Part shown: piece after piece, positions 19,666-28,580 of the stretch
Layout: the number at the start of each line of letters is the position of its first letter
Numbering within the stretch: position 1 is the stretch's first letter
Program-made: the position numbers and the translations under genes
The notes under the pieces: generated by a model
Told to the model about the DNA's origin: nothing
The model's input: the letters and a program-made list of their open reading frames with translations, nothing else
Database searches by the model: none
Assembly (NCBI GenBank): GCA_015489175.1
Contig: WGAI01000067.1
Span: 1,799-65,798, forward strand
Length of the DNA stretch: 64,000 nt
Source of the DNA: a candidate division WOR-3 bacterium
GTDB taxonomy: Bacteria; Hydrothermota; Hydrothermia; B15-G9
Direction of reading: 5' to 3'

Positions 19666-20100
19666 ATGCAAGGTGTAGGTCAAAAATTAGAGCAAATTTT
19701 GAGAAGCCTCGAGGAGATGGTTCCCGATGTTGAGGCTATAGTTGTTATAAATGACGAAGGATTGGTCCTTGCTTCATCGGTGCCCCTTGGTTTGGATGAG
19801 GACCGAATAGCTGCAATGGCCACCGTTGCACTCTCTTTAAGTGAGAGGACGATGCGCGAGCTTGATAGGGGCAATTGGGATCATGTTATCATAAGTGGCG
19901 AGAAAGGTATGCTTGTGGTCTATGCTCTTAGCGGTTCACCTGGTGCAATAGCTGTGCTTGCGTCCAGAGAGGCTAAGACTGGAATGATTTTATACCTCCT
20001 GAGGAAGATCGGGGTTGAAATCGTCAATGTGCTTGAAGGGAGAGAGGAAGCAGGAGCCTCTGGGATAGAAGGCACTAATGTAAATCTTCCACCGCTGTAA
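19666..20100 (+). CDS. Roadblock/LC7 (MglB-like) protein
   Basis: VVINDEGLVLASS...EDRIAAM...LSLSER...ELDRG...G.KG...KTGMI. Confidence 0.88.
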   Translation: MQGVGQKLEQILRSLEEMVPDVEAIVVINDEGLVLASSVPLGLDEDRIAAMATVALSLSERTMRELDRGNWDHVIISGEKGMLVVYALSGSPGAIAVLASREAKTGMILYLLRKIGVEIVNVLEGREEAGASGIEGTNVNLPPL

Positions 20101-20116
20101 CATAGGCAAGATTTAA

Positions 20117-20875
20117 ATGAAGTTTATCTGTGGAATCATCTCTTTCGTATTAGGTGCAATTTTTGGCAGTTTCGCGAATGTCCTTATCTACCGTATTCCG
20201 CGCGGAGAATCCATCGTCTTCCCCGGCTCCCATTGTCCCGTTTGTGGGCATCCCCTATCTTGGAAAGACAATATCCCTTTGATTTCGTATATTCTTTTGA
20301 GAGGTAGATGTAGGTATTGTGGAGCTAAAATCTCGTTGCGTTACCCGTTAGTCGAGTTCACGATGGCGGTTCTCTTCACGATCGGCTTTTTGATCACGGG
20401 CCTGCATGTGCAGCTCCTATTCGTATGGACAGCTTTCTTCTTGTTACTGGTTATCTCATGGATAGATGTGGATCATGGGATTGTCCCCGACGAGCTCACC
20501 ATTGCCGGTGTCGTCATAGGATTGGTTGGACATGCATTGCTTGGCGTTCCGAGTTTGTTGACATCGCTCTGGGGATTGGCTGTTGCCCTTGTGCTGGGAT
20601 TTAGTGTTAGATTCCTGGGCAGGGTGTTATCAGGGAGGGAGGCCTTTGGAGAGGGGGATATAACCACCCTTTCTATGATCGGTGCACTTCTCGGAGCTGA
20701 TTATGTATTTGCCGGGATATTCCTTGGTTCCATCGTAGGCCTTATTTTTATTGCAGGTTACTATCTTGTGAGGCGGGAACTGAGCAGGGAAGTGAAGTTT
20801 TGCCCATTTATCTTTGCGAGCGTTGTGATTTACTTCCTTGTAAGCTGGTGCTGCAACATATTTTATATAATCTGA
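20117..20875 (+). CDS. pilD: Prepilin peptidase (A24A)
   Basis: GSFANVLIYRIP, SHCPVC, GRCRYC, ISLRYPLVE, IDVDH..VPD, FGEGD. Confidence 0.93.
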   Translation: MKFICGIISFVLGAIFGSFANVLIYRIPRGESIVFPGSHCPVCGHPLSWKDNIPLISYILLRGRCRYCGAKISLRYPLVEFTMAVLFTIGFLITGLHVQLLFVWTAFFLLLVISWIDVDHGIVPDELTIAGVVIGLVGHALLGVPSLLTSLWGLAVALVLGFSVRFLGRVLSGREAFGEGDITTLSMIGALLGADYVFAGIFLGSIVGLIFIAGYYLVRRELSREVKFCPFIFASVVIYFLVSWCCNIFYII

Positions 20876-20890
20876 ATTCGTTGAATTAGC

Positions 20891-20919
20891 TTGACTTTTA
20901 CAAATTGTTGAGATATCAT
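20891..20919 (+). promoter_or_regulatory. Sigma70-type promoter immediately upstream of the TPR gene
   Basis: TTGACT-N17-TATCAT, 10 nt before ATG 20930. Confidence 0.6.
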
Positions 20920-20929
20920 AGCAAAGGAA

Positions 20930-22744
20930 ATGTGGACACAAGCAGAGAGAAGGGCTCTAAGATATATAGCAACAGGGGAATACGATAAGGCCATCTCCGA
21001 ATATCAGAAATTGCTGTCTGAGGTCGGAGATGACCCGGATATTTATAATGCCATAGGGGATCTGTATATCAAGAAAAAGGATACGCAGAAAGCTGTTGAA
21101 GCCTACCAGAAAGCAATTGAACTATATGAGAAAGATAACCTTGTAGAGAACGCCATTGCAGTAGCTCGAAAGGCTCTCCGTTACGACGAATCCAACAAAT
21201 ACCTCTACCTTACGCTGTCTGAACTCTATGCACAGGTGGGAAGACATGACGAGGCTCTCGGTTACCTCTCGGCGTTCCTCGATAAAGGGGTTGAGCAACA
21301 GGATGTGCAGAGACTGCAGCTGGTTTTTAAGGATATTGCTTCCTCCATTTCCAAGGATATGGAGCGTCAGAAGAGGTTTGAGAGGCTGTTCGAGAAGTTT
21401 CGTAAAATTATAGAAGAGTTAGGTGAGCTGAGTCTTGAGGAAGCCCAAAAGTCAGGTGGCGAGAGCATTAAATTTGACAAAGAAACTGGAAAGTTCAGAA
21501 AGACAGATGGTAAGGTGGTGCAGTTCGAGCAGCCTTCGGAAGAAGTGCCTGAACCCAAACAGGAAACGCCGGCTGAGTTGTCCGAAGAAGAGCTTGGGAA
21601 ACTCGCCGAATGGCCTTCTGAGGAAGTTGAGCAAAAGGTGTGGCAGGAAAGCGAAACACCGACCCAGCCCGCTCAAACTGGCAGTCAGGCCGCGGAACCA
21701 TGGGAATACGGCAGCGAGGGCATGGAGTTAGCTCAACAGGAGGTTAAGCCGCCGAAACATGAGGCTGTTCAGGAACCCCTTGTTGAAGTCCCTGAACATA
21801 TCGAGGAGGTAACATCAGCCGCCAAAGAGAAACCCTCTGTCGAGTTTCCTGAATTGGAGGAGGCTCTGGAGATCGGGGATCAGTTTGGAGCTGAGGAAAC
21901 TCCGCAGCAACAGGCTGCCGCAGTTCAAGAGCCTTCCGAAAAATCTGTCAGCGAAGATCTGGATGCCATCCTTGACAATCTCAACGAAATTCTGGAAGAA
22001 GACATGAGCAAGCCTCAGGAGCAGCCAACTGCCACACAGGGGGGGGCGGAAATCGGCGATGTAGAGATGCCTTTTGAAGAGCTGCTGGCGCCACCTGCCG
22101 AACAGACGCCAATAATTGAACAAACTCAGGCTATCCAGCCCGAACCGACGCCTCAGGAACAACCGATATTTCAGGAACCTGTGACCGAACCTGTCGAAAA
22201 ACTGTCACCGGTTGAGGCCTTCCTGAGATCAACCAAAGAGAAGGAGGTAAAACGCAAGAAGGCCTTCCTTGAGGAGATCAGAAAAGTCCCATCAGCAGGG
22301 TATTCCCTTCTGTCTATTCTTCAGGATATAAGCTCATATTTGTCATCGTCGTCTCCGTTGTATTATCCCAATCTTGATCCTGCTGAATTTGGCCGCATCC
22401 TTATGAATATGAAGCTCTACGATGAAGCTTTCCGCCAGTTCCAGAAAGCTTTGCTATATATGAAGCCTTCTGACAAGGCATCGAACATACTGGAAATAAC
22501 TAAGTTCGCCGGCATGGCACTTTTTTATGCCCGAAAATACAGGCTGGCCATTAAACAGTTCGAGAGAGCACTAAAGTTGAACAGTCGCGATCCGGAATTG
22601 CATTATCTGGTCGGCGTGTGTTATGAGCATCTCGGAGATTACAGAAAAGCGCTTGAGGCTTACGAAAACGCATATCTCATAGATGTTGATTTTCGAGATG
22701 TGGCTGAACGGATAAAATCGCTTTCACTCATAGAAAGGAGATGA
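20930..22744 (+). CDS. TPR protein with two TPR blocks and an acidic Glu/Pro/Gln-rich linker
   Basis: N-terminal IYNAIGDLY...AVEAYQKA; C-terminal LHYLVGVCYEHLG...AY..DVDFRDVAERI. Confidence 0.85.
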   Translation: MWTQAERRALRYIATGEYDKAISEYQKLLSEVGDDPDIYNAIGDLYIKKKDTQKAVEAYQKAIELYEKDNLVENAIAVARKALRYDESNKYLYLTLSELYAQVGRHDEALGYLSAFLDKGVEQQDVQRLQLVFKDIASSISKDMERQKRFERLFEKFRKIIEELGELSLEEAQKSGGESIKFDKETGKFRKTDGKVVQFEQPSEEVPEPKQETPAELSEEELGKLAEWPSEEVEQKVWQESETPTQPAQTGSQAAEPWEYGSEGMELAQQEVKPPKHEAVQEPLVEVPEHIEEVTSAAKEKPSVEFPELEEALEIGDQFGAEETPQQQAAAVQEPSEKSVSEDLDAILDNLNEILEEDMSKPQEQPTATQGGAEIGDVEMPFEELLAPPAEQTPIIEQTQAIQPEPTPQEQPIFQEPVTEPVEKLSPVEAFLRSTKEKEVKRKKAFLEEIRKVPSAGYSLLSILQDISSYLSSSSPLYYPNLDPAEFGRILMNMKLYDEAFRQFQKALLYMKPSDKASNILEITKFAGMALFYARKYRLAIKQFERALKLNSRDPELHYLVGVCYEHLGDYRKALEAYENAYLIDVDFRDVAERIKSLSLIERR

Positions 22745-22747
22745 GAC

Positions 22748-23887
22748 ATGCCGTCTCTGGCAGAAGTCCTTATAGGTAAGGGTATTTTTACAAAGGAACA
22801 GTTGACCGAAACCCTTAAGGCATTTAGAGGTTCAGGTAAGTCATTTGAAGAGATACTTGTTGAATCGGGACTTATGGACGATAGGAAATTGGTGGAACTC
22901 ATACTTGCGGTTACTCCTTACAAGTATGTGAACCTCAAAGAATTGGAGATAGATCGCTCAGCCATTAAGCTGATACCTGTGGATATTGCTGAAAGGTTTC
23001 TGGTTTTCCCGATAGCGAAGTCCGGAGATTACCTCTCCTTAGCCATGGCAAATCCCATCGGTAAAGAGGTCTATGATGTTGTGACAAGACTTTCTAACTT
23101 GAAAATCATCCCGTTTGTGGCGAGCATAAGCGATATAAAGTGGGCCGTTGAGCGTTATTACCGCGGAAAAGAAGATGTTGAAAAGGAAGTTGAGCCTGCC
23201 TTTGAAGGGCTTATCATCCATGAAGGGAACAAATTTGCTGTCTCAGTCGCCCGTGATGTGTTAAACCATAAGAAAAAGGGCATCATCATTTTCTATGGGC
23301 CCGAAGGTGTCGGTAAAACATCGCTTTTGAGGGCAGTTTACGACGCACTCGAAAAGTCCGACATGAAAGGCAGGTTTTACAATCCGACCACATTCAAAGC
23401 TTCATACAACGACGCAAAAGTTGATGGGGCTCTTAGATTTTTCTTGAGAGAGTTAGGCATCGTTGATATTTTGCTTTTTGATGACATCGATGGCCTTTAC
23501 GGAGAGAAGGAGGTCTGCCAATCAGTCGGTTATGTTGTTGAAGAGCTTGTTGATAGCGGCAGAAGTGTGTTTTTGACGCTTTCCGGAGGGCTTGAGAGCA
23601 TTCAGATGGCCGGAAACATAAAACTGAGAAACTTGATGGAGGGTGGGCTTTTAGTGCCTATAACGCCTCCTGACAAGAATGTGATGCTGAAAATACTCGT
23701 TAAGATATCAAAAGAAGAAAATGTGAATATTTCAGATGAAGTTTTAAAATTTATAGTCGATAAAGCAGGCTCCAATTTGAGGCGGCTGAGAGGGGCCATT
23801 GTGCAGCTGAAATCTCTTGAGGAATATGCAGGAAAAAGGATACCCGATGAAGTTGCTAAAAGCATAGTGAGGAGGTATTTAACCTGA
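22748..23887 (+). CDS. Fusion: MshEN/T2SSE_N (PilB N-domain) plus DnaA/Hda-like AAA+ domain
   Basis: LAEVLIGKGIFTKEQL..., AIKLIP..IAERFLVFP...LAMANP; then FEGLII.EGNKFA, YGPEGVGKTSLL, ILLFDDID, GGLLVPITPPD, SNLRRLRGAI. Confidence 0.85.
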   Translation: MPSLAEVLIGKGIFTKEQLTETLKAFRGSGKSFEEILVESGLMDDRKLVELILAVTPYKYVNLKELEIDRSAIKLIPVDIAERFLVFPIAKSGDYLSLAMANPIGKEVYDVVTRLSNLKIIPFVASISDIKWAVERYYRGKEDVEKEVEPAFEGLIIHEGNKFAVSVARDVLNHKKKGIIIFYGPEGVGKTSLLRAVYDALEKSDMKGRFYNPTTFKASYNDAKVDGALRFFLRELGIVDILLFDDIDGLYGEKEVCQSVGYVVEELVDSGRSVFLTLSGGLESIQMAGNIKLRNLMEGGLLVPITPPDKNVMLKILVKISKEENVNISDEVLKFIVDKAGSNLRRLRGAIVQLKSLEEYAGKRIPDEVAKSIVRRYLT

Positions 23888-23888
23888 T

Positions 23889-25535
23889 ATGCTTGGTCTA
23901 TCGCTAAAGAGAAGGAAGAAAAATAAGGCAGGAGTTGGGCTCGATCTGGGCAGCAGATTTATAAAACTTGCTGTCCTGGAGAAACGGGGGTCCAGCTTTG
24001 AGTTAAAGAAATATGCTATCGAGGAGATACCTGCTGAGAGCATAGTTGGTAAGGAAATCATGGACAGGCAGGCAGTTGTGGAAACACTTGCTTCACTTGT
24101 GGAGCAGCACGGCCTTGAGGGCGAATTTGTAACTTTCAACATGGCTGGCAAAGGCGTGATGTTGCGTAGAATCACGGTCCCGAAACAGGATCCGAAAGCG
24201 CTTGCTGAATCCATCGAGAGGTATTTGACAGAGAACATACCGTTCGATCTCGCTGATGTGATATGGGATTACAAAATCCTACCCTCAACGGGAACCGAGG
24301 AGGAGATGGACCTTCTGCTTGCCGCTGTCAGAAACGACACGGTTTACTCCATGATCGACATCGTCAAGGAAGCAGGACTTCAGATAGGCGGTATCGACCT
24401 CGATCCTATTGCCATAGAACATACTATGGCAATAAACGAGTATCTCAACGGGGAAGGCGACATATTCGTTTTCCACATAGGTTATGAGAACACGGAGGTG
24501 ATCCTTTTCCGGGATGGCCTTTTTTACGCTTACCGTGACATACCAATTGCCACAAAGATTTACACAGAGGCCATTATGAGATATCTCGATCTCACATTTG
24601 AGCGTGCAATACCCGTTCTGATAGGGACCGAGATCGAAGGGGCTGAATATGAGGAAGCGATGGGGGTTGTGAGATCTATCAACGAAAGACTTGTCGATCA
24701 GATAGATAGGCTGTTCCCGACATTGATTTCGCCGGATGAACTTGAAAAACCGCGCGCCATATACCTGACAGGCGGAGGTGCATGGATCATCGGACTCAGG
24801 GATTTCTTGCAGGATCACTATCAGCTTGCTGTTGACATAGTCGATCCGCTCTTGCAGTTGTCCTATGATACTGAGCTTTTCGGTGAGGAAGACACTCAAC
24901 ATATCTCCCCTATTCTCACAGTTGCAATCGGACTTGCGCTCAAACAGCTTGGTAACGCCACCATCGACCTCGCTCTGTCTCCCGTAGAGGAGAGAAGGGT
25001 TGAGGAAAAGAAGAAAATAAAGATAGGCCTTGAACCGATAGTCGGTGTTTTGAGTGCGGCCGGTCTGGCTGCTTACATTGGCCTGACTTACATGGGACAG
25101 GTATCCAGAATTAAAGAGCTTAACCGGGAAATCGCTGAGACAAGGGGTAAAATACAGGCTCTTAAACAAAAGGTTGATGAGTTGCAGCAATATGAGGAAA
25201 AGAAAAAAGAGGTGGAGGCCAAGCTTGGAGTGATTGAGGAAGTTGCAAAAGGTAGGTTTTTTCAGGTTAGGATAATGGATGAGCTGAATCGTGTCATGCC
25301 GGACGGTGTGTGGATAACAGAACTTTCGGAAACTGGCGGCGGATCTGATCAAGTTACCATAACGCTTAAAGGAGGAGCAGTGCAGCCATTTGATGTCACG
25401 GAGTTTATGAGGAGTCTCGAGGATTCTCCGATTTTCAGCAATGTTGAACTTGTCTCAGTGGAACAGTCACATACAGAAACTGAAGTCTATACATCTTTTC
25501 AATTGAAGTTCACCGCTTCTAACATAGGGAAATAG
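23889..25535 (+). CDS. pilM: PilM-PilN fusion protein
   Basis: VGLDLGSRFIK, IPFDLADVIWDY, LLAAV, YLTGGGA, VAIGLAL; then one TM segment, coiled coil and PilN-like ELNRVMPDGVWITEL...LEDSPIFSNVEL. Confidence 0.88.
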   Translation: MLGLSLKRRKKNKAGVGLDLGSRFIKLAVLEKRGSSFELKKYAIEEIPAESIVGKEIMDRQAVVETLASLVEQHGLEGEFVTFNMAGKGVMLRRITVPKQDPKALAESIERYLTENIPFDLADVIWDYKILPSTGTEEEMDLLLAAVRNDTVYSMIDIVKEAGLQIGGIDLDPIAIEHTMAINEYLNGEGDIFVFHIGYENTEVILFRDGLFYAYRDIPIATKIYTEAIMRYLDLTFERAIPVLIGTEIEGAEYEEAMGVVRSINERLVDQIDRLFPTLISPDELEKPRAIYLTGGGAWIIGLRDFLQDHYQLAVDIVDPLLQLSYDTELFGEEDTQHISPILTVAIGLALKQLGNATIDLALSPVEERRVEEKKKIKIGLEPIVGVLSAAGLAAYIGLTYMGQVSRIKELNREIAETRGKIQALKQKVDELQQYEEKKKEVEAKLGVIEEVAKGRFFQVRIMDELNRVMPDGVWITELSETGGGSDQVTITLKGGAVQPFDVTEFMRSLEDSPIFSNVELVSVEQSHTETEVYTSFQLKFTASNIGK

Positions 25536-25545
25536 GGGGGAAACC

Positions 25546-25971
25546 ATGAAAATTAAAGCGATTGGTTCGTTGATGTTAGCTATTTTTCTAGGAACAATCA
25601 TCTTTACAACATCTTGTAATATGATAGATTACAGAGCTACTGTGTATGGTTATGTGCTATCGGATCCGGATTACAGGAACCCGGTGCCAGATGTAACCGT
25701 TATCCTCAGAGTTACAAGTGTAAACGATGTGCCTGACTACAACACAATTACCGACGATAATGGCTATTACTCGATAAACTTTGAGGTGGGCTTTAAGGAC
25801 GAAAACGGACATTTCATCCCGAACGAAGTCGTAGATGTAATGCTGAGATTCCAGTATGGCGGCTCCACATACACTTTGACCGATTTCAGGGTCTCGGCTG
25901 GCAGCATGGTGATGGCACCTGTCGTTTACCTGTCTCAGTTTGGTAGTGGAGGCGGCGGAGGAGGTAAATGA
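25546..25971 (+). CDS. Putative lipoprotein with a small beta-sandwich (carboxypeptidase-regulatory-like) domain
   Basis: Lipobox-like FTTS-C at residue 24; VYGYV...PVPDVTV...TDDNGYY. Confidence 0.65.
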   Translation: MKIKAIGSLMLAIFLGTIIFTTSCNMIDYRATVYGYVLSDPDYRNPVPDVTVILRVTSVNDVPDYNTITDDNGYYSINFEVGFKDENGHFIPNEVVDVMLRFQYGGSTYTLTDFRVSAGSMVMAPVVYLSQFGSGGGGGGK

Positions 25972-25972
25972 C

Positions 25973-26614
25973 ATGGCACTCGATCTGAAGAGCCTCAAAC
26001 TACCGTCCAATCTCCCGATAAACACGAAATTCCTGCTTGTTCTGGTAATTAGCTTCAGCGCAATAATTTATGTTTACATAAAGTATTCTTATAACCCCAA
26101 AAAGAAGGAAATTGAGGACTTACATCAGCAACTTATCGACCTTAAAAACGATTATGCTGCCCTTCAAGTGCAAGTTCAGAACTTGCAGGAGACAAAGAGG
26201 AAGCTCGATTCTCTGAAAGTTATATGGAGTCGAATCCAGGTCCTGTTGCCGGACAAAAAGGACATTCCGGGGTGGTTTGATGACATAGTTGCGGCTTCCC
26301 GCAGTGCCGGCATCGATGTCATGCAGTTTAAGCCCGCCCCCCCGAAACAGTCCGACAAATATACAGAGTATCCTTTTGATGTAACTTTTCGTGGCACATA
26401 TCACAGTTTTGGCGCCTATCTTGCAGCGATAGCCAACCATCCTCGGATAACAAGGGTTAGCGATGTGAAACTATCATCCATGGACAGGCAGGAGGGCGAA
26501 CCGTGGACGCTTCAAGGGTCGATGACGATCTCCACATTTGTATTCAACCCCGGTTTTCTTGAAAAGCAACAACAGCAGCAGAAAGGAAAGGCCGGCAGCG
26601 GCCAGAAGCGATAG
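25973..26614 (+). CDS. pilO: Type IV pilus assembly protein PilO
   Basis: TM segment, coiled coil, LLPDKKDIP, F.P, GTYHSFGAYL..IANHPRI. Confidence 0.9.
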   Translation: MALDLKSLKLPSNLPINTKFLLVLVISFSAIIYVYIKYSYNPKKKEIEDLHQQLIDLKNDYAALQVQVQNLQETKRKLDSLKVIWSRIQVLLPDKKDIPGWFDDIVAASRSAGIDVMQFKPAPPKQSDKYTEYPFDVTFRGTYHSFGAYLAAIANHPRITRVSDVKLSSMDRQEGEPWTLQGSMTISTFVFNPGFLEKQQQQQKGKAGSGQKR

Positions 26615-26626
26615 GGAGGTGGGTGC

Positions 26627-27331
26627 ATGACAGGTTTACTTGTAATGTTTCTCGTGTCTGCGAGCATAAAAGAAATTAGAACTCAGCAGGTTGGAAAAGA
26701 GGCCGTCGAGATTTCGATTGTGGCGGATGCTCCGATCGACAACTTTGACCATGTGCTTTTGATGCGCCCATCGCTCCGCATAGTCATAAGCATACCCGGA
26801 TTGAGTTACGACCTGCCATCCGACACGGTGAATGTAGGCAAAGGCCCGGTTGACAAGGTAGTCGGATTTGTCAAGTCAAGACGCCCTCTCGAATCCAGAG
26901 TCGTCATATACCTCAGAAAGAGCGTTCAATACAGGGCTACACTGAGCGCCGATAAGAGCGAGTTGATTTTGTTTATTGGTGAGGTCGATACTACCTCCAT
27001 CTCGACCGAAGGCCTGCTTTATTATCCCAGAAGGGCGCCTTTTCTTTACTCCGCTCGATACAAAAGGGATCCGTTCTCCATGCCTAGCCTCAAATCGATA
27101 AGCGATACCCTTCTTGAGGTTAACGGGGCGAAACTCGTGGGGGTTCTTGAGACACCTACGGGCAGAGTGGCCGTTGTAAGAGCATACAATGGCAGGGGGT
27201 TTGTTCTTCATGAACACGATATCGTAAAGAACGGGATCGTGAGCGAGATAGGCAAGGATTATGTCATTTTTACGATAAGCGATTATGGTTTTACAAGGAC
27301 GGTAGTCCTCAGACTTAAGGAGGAGGAATAA
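26627..27331 (+). CDS. AMIN-like domain fused to PilP-like domain
   Basis: P.LRIVISIP...SRVVIYL (AMIN-like); YSARYKRDPF...KLVGVL...AVV...G.V.EIGKD (PilP-like); position between pilO and pilQ. Confidence 0.7.
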   Translation: MTGLLVMFLVSASIKEIRTQQVGKEAVEISIVADAPIDNFDHVLLMRPSLRIVISIPGLSYDLPSDTVNVGKGPVDKVVGFVKSRRPLESRVVIYLRKSVQYRATLSADKSELILFIGEVDTTSISTEGLLYYPRRAPFLYSARYKRDPFSMPSLKSISDTLLEVNGAKLVGVLETPTGRVAVVRAYNGRGFVLHEHDIVKNGIVSEIGKDYVIFTISDYGFTRTVVLRLKEEE

Positions 27332-27333
27332 CT

Positions 27334-28548
27334 ATGAGAAACAAAATAATTTATATTTTGTTGACACTTTTTCTATTGGCTGGCAATGTGGCCTCGCAGA
27401 ACGCTGGACGCGTGAGCGTGGACTTCCAAAATGCTGACATCTCGCTTGTGCTTAAAACATTCTCCGATATAAGCGGCAAAAACATCGTGGCCACCAAGAA
27501 TGTGAAAGCAAAAGTGACGGTTACACTTAAAAATCTGCCATGGCAGCAGGCATTTCAGACGATACTCGACATGTATGGCCTTACTTACATCGAGGATAAC
27601 GGAATTATAAAGGTCATGACCGTGGAGGAATCCAAGCGATTTCGGGAAACAAGGCAGCCTCAAACGCATATTTTCCAGATCAAATATGCGAAAGCTGATG
27701 AATTGCAGGGTGTTGTGTCGCCGCTACTTTCATCGAGCGGAAAAATTGTGGTGGATAAGCGCACCAATTCGCTTGTTATCACGGATGTGCCAAGCGCAAT
27801 AAGGGAGATAGATTCTCTGATACAGCAGCTTGACACACCTACACCTCAAGTCCTGATTCAGGCCAGGGTTGTGGAGATCAATCACAGTGTTGCAAAGGCA
27901 CTTGGAATAGATTGGTCGGCTATCCATCCTGACAACCCGGCGACTGGACTTCCGTTCAATGTCAAAGTTCCACTTGGCACGGCAGCAACAGGAAGCATAA
28001 GATTTGGCAAGTTCATAGCTGGCATGGGCATAGATGCGACCATCGACATGCTTGAGAGCGAGAGTAAGGCTAATGTGCTGTCTCAGCCAAGCATAATCGT
28101 TGCAGATAACCAGCAGGCTGAGATACTTTCTGGTAAACAGATACCGATCATAACGAGGGATATGGCTGGCAATCAGGTTATTCAGTTCTACAATGTTGCA
28201 CTTAGGTTGACCGTAACGCCTCACATAAGCCCTGACAGCACGATAACGCTTGAGCTTAACCCCGAGGTTAGCGATATAGCCGGTGAGGCGCCGGGCGGTG
28301 CAGGTGTGATGATATCCACGCAGCAGGCGAAGACCCAGTTGACCGTCAAAAATGGCGAGACTGTCGTTATCGGTGGCATTATGAGGTCGCACAAGAAAGA
28401 AGGCGAGTCGAGAGTTCCTTTCTTTTCCCGTATCCCGTTGATCGGAATGCTATTTAAATCCAGAAGAGAAGATTCTGAGAAATCGGAACTTATGATTTTC
28501 GTTACCCCAAGAATTATCTCTTATGCAGGAGTTAGTTCCTCTGAATGA
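27334..28548 (+). CDS. pilQ: Secretin, short PilQ type (no AMIN domains)
   Basis: VSVDFQNADI, PWQQAF, IKYAKA, VDKRTNSL, LDTPTPQVLIQARVVE, LTVTPHI, GETVVIGG, IPLIGMLFKS, ELMIFVTPRII. Confidence 0.93.
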   Translation: MRNKIIYILLTLFLLAGNVASQNAGRVSVDFQNADISLVLKTFSDISGKNIVATKNVKAKVTVTLKNLPWQQAFQTILDMYGLTYIEDNGIIKVMTVEESKRFRETRQPQTHIFQIKYAKADELQGVVSPLLSSSGKIVVDKRTNSLVITDVPSAIREIDSLIQQLDTPTPQVLIQARVVEINHSVAKALGIDWSAIHPDNPATGLPFNVKVPLGTAATGSIRFGKFIAGMGIDATIDMLESESKANVLSQPSIIVADNQQAEILSGKQIPIITRDMAGNQVIQFYNVALRLTVTPHISPDSTITLELNPEVSDIAGEAPGGAGVMISTQQAKTQLTVKNGETVVIGGIMRSHKKEGESRVPFFSRIPLIGMLFKSRREDSEKSELMIFVTPRIISYAGVSSSE

Positions 28549-28580
28549 TGGGGCCCCAATAAAATAAGGGAGGATAGGAT

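Noticed and set aside
22748-23887. True dnaA or replication origin
   Set aside because: No DNA-binding domain IV, no dnaN/gyrB context, no DnaA-box cluster noticed.
24285-25352. 355-aa antisense ORF
   Set aside because: Antisense to pilM-N with no recognisable features.
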